Below, piece after piece: positions 6,914-14,400 of a stretch of DNA of 27,186 bases. The translations under genes were made by a program, and so were the position numbers. This DNA comes from a virus (lineage: Duplodnaviria > Heunggongvirae > Uroviricota > Caudoviricetes): IMG/VR virus record IMGVR_UViG_3300043036_000338. One strand, given 5' to 3'. The notes beneath the pieces were generated by a model. That model was not told the DNA's origin. It ran no database searches and saw only the letters and a program-made list of their open reading frames with translations. Position 1 is the stretch's first letter, and each line of letters opens with the position of its first letter.

Positions 6914-7813
6914 TTATCTCCAAACCGCCCAGCCGCCAACAACTGCAGTGCCGGCACTAAATACAGCTGAAATAGGAATGCTTAATTCAGTACCTTGACC
7001 AGTAAGATAACCAGTCCAAATCATATTACTCTCAGCATTATCAGCTATTGGACCGTTTATACCGGTTAAAGTTGGAATACCAGATGCACCATTACACCAT
7101 GCATTGGCAAGAATAACTGAATTGTGTTGAGTATTTAATATTGTTGGATCCCATGTTAATCCACTATCCCTCGTACCTGTAGTATAAGGTATTGGACTGC
7201 TATGATCTTGAATTAACCATATATCTGATCTATATTTACCAACAGTCCCTGATCCAGCAATGGTAACTTCAGCCCTAAAACTTTCTACGGTACCTACAGG
7301 AAATTCATAATACGCAATCCATGAATTTTGATAGCGAGAATTTGCAGAGGAATATGCACCACCTGCAGCAAAAGTTAATGGATATGTACGTGTCTGATCA
7401 GACATTGATCTAAGTAACATACTTTGGATATAATATGTAGATGTCGACAATGCGTTAATAGCTGTGGTAACAACTATTAATTGTGGTCTTGTATATGAAT
7501 TAAGATTAACTACGTTACTGCCTATCCCGTGCACGCCTGGTGCTGTTAGATCGGCCGTACTAGAAGTTCCTGTAAGATAACTAAGTGTAGCCGGGACTTG
7601 TCTATATGGTCTGGAAGTAAATTGTTTTGACGGTATTATAATTCCATTGGTTCCATCAACATTTGAAAAGGCATTTATTCTTGTGCCAGATGTATTTGCA
7701 CTAATACCAGGATCCAAAAACTTAAATTCATTTGGACTGTTAGTAAATGACATTGGATGATTGCTTTCCGACGGAAAGATTGATGGTCCATTTCCGGAAA
7801 CTGATGCTGTCAT
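6914..7813 (-). CDS. Orphan beta-rich, probably virion/receptor-binding protein (299 aa)
   Basis: Composition like the neighbouring 351-aa protein. The C-terminal half alternates beta-strands and ends in GGWAVWR. Lies in the tail operon. Confidence 0.5.
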   Translation of the reverse strand: MTASVSGNGPSIFPSESNHPMSFTNSPNEFKFLDPGISANTSGTRINAFSNVDGTNGIIIPSKQFTSRPYRQVPATLSYLTGTSSTADLTAPGVHGIGSNVVNLNSYTRPQLIVVTTAINALSTSTYYIQSMLLRSMSDQTRTYPLTFAAGGAYSSANSRYQNSWIAYYEFPVGTVESFRAEVTIAGSGTVGKYRSDIWLIQDHSSPIPYTTGTRDSGLTWDPTILNTQHNSVILANAWCNGASGIPTLTGINGPIADNAESNMIWTGYLTGQGTELSIPISAVFSAGTAVVGGWAVWR

Positions 7814-7814
7814 G

Positions 7815-8168
7815 TTACACTACTTTCAAGCCTGCCGGTTGAACCAGCATAAGTTCCTCTGGTGTAGTTGCGGCTTCAATTACGGGATCACTCGGCGCAT
7901 CGCGTAATAATTGTTTTGCTGCTATGATAGGTGCAGTATTTGCACCAGTTTCAAGTGCTTTCATAAACTCTGTGTCAAGACGTTGAAGTTCTGGAACACG
8001 CGCTGCGCGGATCTTGGTTCTCCAAATTTCACGGGCCTTGACCATATCAACATCAATTGACATAGAGGTACCGTCAGCCTTCCATGCATTACGAAAGATT
8101 CTGTCTTCTGGTGTTTTCCACTGTGAGGTGTCAAGTAGACGTCCATCGATGTTAATAATAGCTGTCAT
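7815..8168 (-). CDS. Tail-associated helical protein, tail-fibre-assembly-chaperone-like (117 aa; start corrected to ATG 8168)
   Basis: DMVKAREIWRTKIRAAR.PELQRLDTEFMKALE...KQLLRDAP motif. The ATG at 8168 forms an ATGA overlap and has GGAG 7 nt upstream, whereas the track start at 8183 is a TTG. Confidence 0.7.
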   Translation of the reverse strand: MTAIINIDGRLLDTSQWKTPEDRIFRNAWKADGTSMSIDVDMVKAREIWRTKIRAARVPELQRLDTEFMKALETGANTAPIIAAKQLLRDAPSDPVIEAATTPEELMLVQPAGLKVV

Positions 8169-8563
8169 TGTTTTAGTCTCCAAGCGTTACGCCATTCTCT
8201 TGTTTCTGGTAATTGCGCTCGTTTAACGATTGCAAATCTTGTTATGTTTGATTGAGTGTCAGCCCATACTCTTTGAGGAAGGTCTTTTATAATAAGATAC
8301 TCAATTGCTTGTTCTTCTGTTAGTGGTCCGATTCTTTGAGCATTCCAATGTTTTGGTTCACATTCCCAACTAAATATTTTACCAGGATTATTTTTTGTCC
8401 ATTCTTCTTCATATTCACGATCCTCAATATATGCATCAATATTTGGAAGATGTCCTCCTTCAAGTGCAAAATGCATAAACTCTGGTGTCGGTATCATAAC
8501 TTGTACTGGTGCATCAGGTGTTAAAGGATCTTCAAATAGTACAACATAATCAGTATAGTACAT
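8165..8563 (-). CDS. Conserved phage tail-cassette protein (132 aa)
   Basis: VVLFEDP...APVQVMIP, GPLTEEQAIEYLIIKDLP.RVW and R.WRNAWR motifs, which I recognise from small tail cassettes of aquatic phages. Overlaps with genes on both sides. Confidence 0.6.
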   Translation of the reverse strand: MYYTDYVVLFEDPLTPDAPVQVMIPTPEFMHFALEGGHLPNIDAYIEDREYEEEWTKNNPGKIFSWECEPKHWNAQRIGPLTEEQAIEYLIIKDLPQRVWADTQSNITRFAIVKRAQLPETREWRNAWRLKQ

Positions 8564-8931
8564 TAAACAATTACCGCAATATTTGCATAAAGTGAATCAA
8601 CCAAACCGCCAGCATCTGTAGAAACGGATATATTTGCAAGTGAGGTAGATTGACCATATAATGTAAGAATAGTCGCAGAGGTGACAGCAGTTGCACGGCT
8701 AGCCGTTCCTGCTAATACAAAGTTAGCGGAGGTCAATGCAGCAGTAAAGTTTGGAGCATAAAGACCTATACCATTATCGGTAATTGTAGATATATTGAAT
8801 GAACTACGAACTGTTGGCACACCTGAGCTTGCATTAAAGTTCACCCATGCTTTTGCTGAACCCCTAATCGCGTTTGTTGAAGTGGTGCTATTTGTGCCGT
8901 CAGAGATATTGGTTACGACAAGAGTACTCAT
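8563..8931 (-). CDS. Minor tail/fibre protein with AKAWVNFN domain (122 aa)
   Basis: MSTL...GSAKAWVNFN...VRSSFNISTITDNG.G.Y..NFT motif of phage minor tail proteins. AAGGA RBS upstream. Confidence 0.7.
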   Translation of the reverse strand: MSTLVVTNISDGTNSTTSTNAIRGSAKAWVNFNASSGVPTVRSSFNISTITDNGIGLYAPNFTAALTSANFVLAGTASRATAVTSATILTLYGQSTSLANISVSTDAGGLVDSLYANIAVIV

Positions 8932-8943
8932 GTTCTAGAATCC

Positions 8944-9114
8944 TTATACGATTGACCATGCTTGTCCAGTTGGAACAGTCACAGTGACGCCTGAGTTAAT
9001 TGTGATTGGACCTACCGACATAGCATTATATGTTGATGGGATCGTATAATTAGCAGTGATAGTCTGCTTATTAAGATAAAATGGTGATGTAGTACTTCCG
9101 TTAACAAATGCCAT
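8944..9114 (-). CDS. Small tail protein (56 aa) missed by the ORF track
   Basis: MAFVNGSTTSPFYLNKQTITANYTIPSTYNAMSVGPITINSGVTVTVPTGQAWSIV. It carries the NAMSxGPITINSGVTVTVPxG.xW motif of phage fibre ends. AAGGAG RBS at the end of the upstream gene; it fills the intergenic gap. Confidence 0.85.
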   Translation of the reverse strand: MAFVNGSTTSPFYLNKQTITANYTIPSTYNAMSVGPITINSGVTVTVPTGQAWSIV

Positions 9115-9117
9115 AAT

Positions 9118-11244
9118 TTACTCCTTTGACATGATATTATTTATATCAGTTTTGATTGAATCAATTTCATTTTTAACATCTTTTAAAGCCTCAATAATAA
9201 GACCCATCAAGTTTGCATATGCAACTGATTTGATCCCATCTTTATCTTCAGTAACTGCTTCAGGAATTACAACTTCAACTTCTTGTGCAATCAAACCAAT
9301 TTTGCGTTCTAGATAACCAATTTTATTAAAATATACACCACGCATAGACGTTACTTTATCAAGAGCATTACTGACAGTAATTACATTCTCTTTTAGTCGA
9401 GCATCAGAGTTTGATGTAATATCGCCACCGGCGGTAAAGTTACCTGTTGGAATATCAAATGTAAAACGATCTACAGCAGTCCCTGTTGTGTCTCTATAAA
9501 CAATTTGACCAGCTGATGAAATGTCTGTGTAAAAGTTACCAGTTCCATTTTGAATTTGTAAATGAGAACCTGTATGACGAATATTAGAATCATTATCAGT
9601 GCCAAGATTAAACTGATCACTATCATTAGTTTTAAGACCAGCATCAAAAATAACTTGTCCTGTGAAAGTAGCACCAGAAGTATTAGCTTTTCCACTTAAT
9701 GTTGTCTCAATATTAACACCTGCAATTGATAGTGTACTAAAATTACCAGTGTTTGCAGTAGTGGAACCTATTGCTGTCCCGTTAATTGTTCCGCCAGTGA
9801 TGGTTACAGAAGCCAATATTCCAACAGAAGTTAAACTAGAACTTACAATACCTGCACCCAAAGTGGTACCATTTAAAACTGAAGTACCATTAATCTTATA
9901 TGACTTACCAGTTAATAGATTTAAATCTTCAGATGATGTCCATGCGTTTGTTGCACTTATCCAATTAAATGTTTTGTCAGTTGCACCTTTAAGTGTAATA
10001 CCACCACCATCAGCAGTAATATCGGTTGGTGTAACAACAGAACCCAATTCAATATTTTTATCATCAATACTTAAAGTGGTAGAATTAATAGTTGTAGTAG
10101 TGCCATTGATTGTTAAATTACCAGTGACAATCATGTTGCCACCGATTGCTGTATTACCATTTAAAGTGACATCTGATAATATTGGTGATGTTCCAAATAC
10201 AAGTAAACCAGATCCTGTTTCATCTGAAATAACACCGGCAAGTTGTGCTGATGTTGTAGCAGCAAATTGTGCCAAGTTACCAGTTGTTGCAAGTGTGCCA
10301 GAAACTGGTAATGTTACATTGGTAGCACCGGTTTGAGTCAATGTTAAAGCAAAGTTACCAGCAGTTGTAAGACTATTTGCCGTAGCAATATTTCCACCAA
10401 CAGCAATTGTTTTAGAATTAGCAATTAATGACCCAACAGTTGCTGTGCCAGTAATAGTAACATTTGAACTAAATAGTGTATTTGCATTGACATCTAATCT
10501 ATCAGTACTTGCATTACCAATTGTTGTGTTACCTTGTGAATCAAATAATGAATATACTGTTGATGTATTAGCTAATGCTGTATTAACACTGAAACTTACA
10601 TTTGAGGCTAGTGATGTCGTACCAGTTACAATAAGATTGGCAACTGAAAGAGTACCACTTATATCAGTATTTGTACCGGTTAGTATCACATTAGCAGTAA
10701 ATGTTGATGCTGCAATTACATTTAACTTATCAGCACCTGCATCACCAATAGTGGTATTAGCACCTACAATTGTTACATTAGAACTAAAGATTGAATTCGA
10801 ATTAACAAAAAATGTACCGGTATTTACGGTTGTATTAGCAGTATCAATCCGAATAGTTTTACCAACACCACCATTCAATGTAATATTGGATGAAGCATTA
10901 AAATTATTTGCACTAACTGTAACACTATTGGCGGCAGTAATATCAACATTACCAGTAGTAGTAAATAAAGCATTTGAGGTGATTGTTAAGTTATTTGGCG
11001 TGGTAACAGTACCACCGCGTAATGCAGAACTTACAGCAATTGTGTTAGCAGTGACAACACCTTGAATTGCTAGGTTACCTGTAGTTAATCCGGCGTTTGT
11101 GGTATTTGGTTCAGCACCAGTTGCTGTGGTAACCGTAACCACAATTCTTCCCATGTCATCTCGAACTTGGTTTGTCTTATCAATCCAACCAGCAAAAGTG
11201 TCAGTTGTTATAACATTGGCACCTAGATATGTATTCTTTGACAT
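9118..11244 (-). CDS. Tail fibre with C-terminal peptidase S74 intramolecular chaperone (708 aa)
   Basis: Beta-helix-type repeats in the body. The C-terminus SDARLKENV...ALDKV...RGVYF...IGLIAQEVE.VIPEAV...VAYANL.GLIIEALK followed by a coiled coil is a textbook S74 chaperone. Confidence 0.9.
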   Translation of the reverse strand: MSKNTYLGANVITTDTFAGWIDKTNQVRDDMGRIVVTVTTATGAEPNTTNAGLTTGNLAIQGVVTANTIAVSSALRGGTVTTPNNLTITSNALFTTTGNVDITAANSVTVSANNFNASSNITLNGGVGKTIRIDTANTTVNTGTFFVNSNSIFSSNVTIVGANTTIGDAGADKLNVIAASTFTANVILTGTNTDISGTLSVANLIVTGTTSLASNVSFSVNTALANTSTVYSLFDSQGNTTIGNASTDRLDVNANTLFSSNVTITGTATVGSLIANSKTIAVGGNIATANSLTTAGNFALTLTQTGATNVTLPVSGTLATTGNLAQFAATTSAQLAGVISDETGSGLLVFGTSPILSDVTLNGNTAIGGNMIVTGNLTINGTTTTINSTTLSIDDKNIELGSVVTPTDITADGGGITLKGATDKTFNWISATNAWTSSEDLNLLTGKSYKINGTSVLNGTTLGAGIVSSSLTSVGILASVTITGGTINGTAIGSTTANTGNFSTLSIAGVNIETTLSGKANTSGATFTGQVIFDAGLKTNDSDQFNLGTDNDSNIRHTGSHLQIQNGTGNFYTDISSAGQIVYRDTTGTAVDRFTFDIPTGNFTAGGDITSNSDARLKENVITVSNALDKVTSMRGVYFNKIGYLERKIGLIAQEVEVVIPEAVTEDKDGIKSVAYANLMGLIIEALKDVKNEIDSIKTDINNIMSKE
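9859..10122 (-). repeat. Fibre module copy B, paralogous to 588-848
   Basis: 64/88 identical residues by hand alignment, with many synonymous differences. Confidence 0.9.
10447..10761 (-). repeat. Two 29-aa internal fibre repeats (10675-10761 and 10447-10533)
   Basis: ANTTIGDAGADKLNVIAASTFTANVILTG versus GNTTIGNASTDRLDVNANTLFSSNVTITG, 15/29 identical. Confidence 0.75.
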
Positions 11245-11247
11245 TTA

Positions 11248-11454
11248 TTAATTACCTATCAGTTTGGTTAGAAGATTGAGAACGTCATCAAGTTTAACAT
11301 TTAAGTTTGTAACATTCTCTTCTAAACTATTTATCCTATTTTGTAAACTCTTTTTTAATCGGTAATCCTCTAAGGCTTGTTGATTTGAATTCAATAAAGC
11401 CCTAGAGTTTGGATCACGATTAAAGTTTGGATCATCGGTTGTTATTTTTATCAT
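11248..11454 (-). CDS. Small coiled-coil protein typically following DUF4815 in T4-like phages (68 aa; start corrected to ATG 11454)
   Basis: MIKITTDDPNFNRDPNSRALLN...RINSLEENVTNLNVKLDDVLNLL. The ATG lies 1 nt after the DUF4815 gene stop. Confidence 0.7.
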   Translation of the reverse strand: MIKITTDDPNFNRDPNSRALLNSNQQALEDYRLKKSLQNRINSLEENVTNLNVKLDDVLNLLTKLIGN

Positions 11455-11455
11455 G

Positions 11456-14400
11456 TTAGGTAAGTGCAATTGCTCTTAGATCTTTTACCTTTGGAACACT
11501 AGAATAATCTGTAGCCAAGAATACAATCTTAATTGCATATTGCTTATAACCAGTATATACAGCTCCTGCAGGATCTTTATATGTTAGTGTATTACTATTT
11601 GCTATATTGAGTGCAGCACCACCACCATTTGTTAATGATGCATCTGTTGCTACAGAAGGCATTACATACTGAAGTTCACGATAATCAAAGACATCGGCTG
11701 ATGATGAAGTCAGATTTGATGAATCTTTTAATGTTAATTCTGTCCATTCAATCTCATCAAATAATCTTGGATCACTCTTATTCTTAAATCTTGAATATAT
11801 CTCAATTGTAGTTCCAGCTGGTCTATAAGCAGTTAGATATACCGTAAGATCATCAGCATCTAGATTTTCAGCAAGTGTTGTAGGCAATGTAATATACTTA
11901 CTTAATGCATTACCACCAAGTGCTTTGGTCTCATTTGTTGAATCATTGTTTACCAGATATTCAATCACATTTATTGTCGATGCACCAAAGTCAATAATTG
12001 GTGTTGAATCATATGGTGCGGTAGTTTGACTATTACTTAATGATGCTTTAATTCTAAAACCACGATCGGCTGGCAATAATGATTTACTAGAGATTGTTGC
12101 AGGGTTCTTATTGAACAAGTTATCATCATCTATTGATAAAGGTTGATTTGTTGCAATATTTGTAATACCGGTTGAATCTCTAATAATACTTACTTCATAT
12201 TTTGAATCAGTATATAGATAATTTGAATCAACAATGTTAGCTTGAATTGAACTTACCTTAAGTGCATTAACTGTAGTAATAGTTGCGGTTGCTTGTGATT
12301 TGGTACCTCTAATTATGTCATTATTTGCAAACAAATATGAAGCAGATGCAGATGAATTAGTCAGATGTAAAATTGTTTTACTTGTATCTTGATATGATAC
12401 TTCACCAACAACTGTTTTAAAAATATTAGCAGAGGTGTTAGCATATTTTGGTAGTCTGTCAACAACAATTTTAGTAGTATTAGCACTTAATACTTTTAAT
12501 GTATCAATTACAGTTGTGTTTGCCCAATAACCAATAAAATCACCTGCTGCTATTGTGCCAACCAATGTGGTACCACTATAAGCAATCTCAGTATTTGATT
12601 TGACAGTCGTAATTGTTTGTGTTAGGTTAGCAGCAACCTTTGCAACCAATTCAGAACCAACAAATGAATTTGATGTAGGTACAATTGTAAAGAATTCATG
12701 ATCAGTGTTAGTAAAGTGTTGATAACCAGACTTATCATATTGTCCAGTATACAATGTAAATTTAGCATTTTCGTCCTGATATGGGGTCCAAGCACGACCG
12801 TTTGTTGACGTAAACAATGTGCCATCAAATGTGTCGTGTGTCACATTGATTTTAGCAACTGGATCATAACCTCCGACTTTACTTAGATGAATATAATAAT
12901 CAGGGTGATCATTATCTGGTAAAGCAACAAAGGCATATTCAGTATCTGTTTTTAATTCAACTGGTTCTGCAAATGTTACAATAGTTTTTACAGTAGTACT
13001 GATGGATGAGTTTTCCAAGTATACAACACCATTTTTAACAATGCTATTTGAACTTGGGTAACCATTAACAGTTTCACGAATTTCAATTGTAACACCAATG
13101 TTTGCATCAACAGGCTTTTGCTTAAAATATAATTCAAGTTTTGATAGCATAAGAACACTATCTTTACCTGCATCTCTATCAATTCTAAATGTTTGAGCAA
13201 GTGGATCTCTATTTTGACGACGTGGTGTTGGACGAGGTGGATTAAATCCCGTATATGCAATATTTGAATATGAAGTATATGCATCAGGTGTTAATGTAAA
13301 GTCATTTACATCACCAATTTCTAATAATCTTTCACCAACAAGGAAAGTATTTGCTGGGATAGTAAATACAGCTGTTAGATTTCCACCTGAATCTGAAGTT
13401 ACTGTAGTACCATCAGGATCTGTTGAATAGATGTCGACAAGATTTGTACTACCTGTTAAAAATTTTCCAGGTGCGCAGAATGCATTAACATTCTTTTTAT
13501 CAAATGCAAAGTAATGACGAGCATTTGGACGAAGTCCTGTTGCTCTAATACGAACATTTTGTGGGCGCATGTAAGCTGATTGAAATGCAGTTTGTTCAAT
13601 ATTGGTGCCAGTTTTATTTGCACCAGTGGTTCTTATAGCATTTCCAGTTGTTGAATATCTGTAAATAGATGTTGAATCCACATCAAAACTTGGTTCTGGT
13701 GTAATGTTAGTATCCCAACCCCCATCAAATGATGGATATATTCTAGCATTACCTTTGAATGACCAGAATTGGTCTGCCAATCTTCTTGAACCAGTTGCAT
13801 ATGGTTGATTGATTAATACGCTATCAGTGTTTTTTCTCAATGTAACAGTTGAAATGCCGACACTCACATTTGCATTTGTTGCGGTAAGATCAGGTTTAAT
13901 AGTTAATGGATATAATCTAAAAATCGGACTGATTTCTTGAGTGGATACATTATAGCCAGCATTATATTCTGGGTCATCAATGTTAGCACCTAAAAGATCA
14001 CTAAAATTATCTACCAAAATACCATTCTTAAATCTATTCAACCCATCAGCACCAGTGATAATTAGATCTTTTGTAGTTGTTTCCAAAAGACTAAGAGCTG
14101 TATAGTATTCAAGATTGTTTACTCGTGTATCAATTTGACCTACATCTCGCATTGTGTAACGACGATTGTTTCTTTTTGATAGTGAAACACCATATTGGTT
14201 ACGTTTGACGGCATTTGCAAGTTTAGCAGTTAATGATGGGAATGGAGGAATTGAAATGTCTGCCAATACCATACCAACAGAAGGATCAGCCGGTGCAATT
14301 GGAGTTTCAGCAGGTGTGCCAGATTTGAGAACAATATTTCCAGTTGTGTCAATCATTAGCAAGTCTTTTCTTGCCAGATAATACTCATAATCCGCAACCA

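Noticed and set aside
9662-11065. Long plus-strand ORFs (224 and 206 aa), and similar ones at 44-334, 715-1038, 6342-6656, 20561-20845 and 26168-26443
   Set aside because: Antisense shadows of Thr/Gly/Asn-rich minus-strand genes: Val/Pro/Leu-rich, with no recognisable motifs. Codon bias on the coding strand suppresses stops on the opposite one.
423-11244. Diversity-generating retroelement suggested by the Mtd_N-like N-terminus and the duplicated module
   Set aside because: No reverse transcriptase in the window. The repeat copies are both coding, internal, and differ at all base types rather than specifically at adenines.
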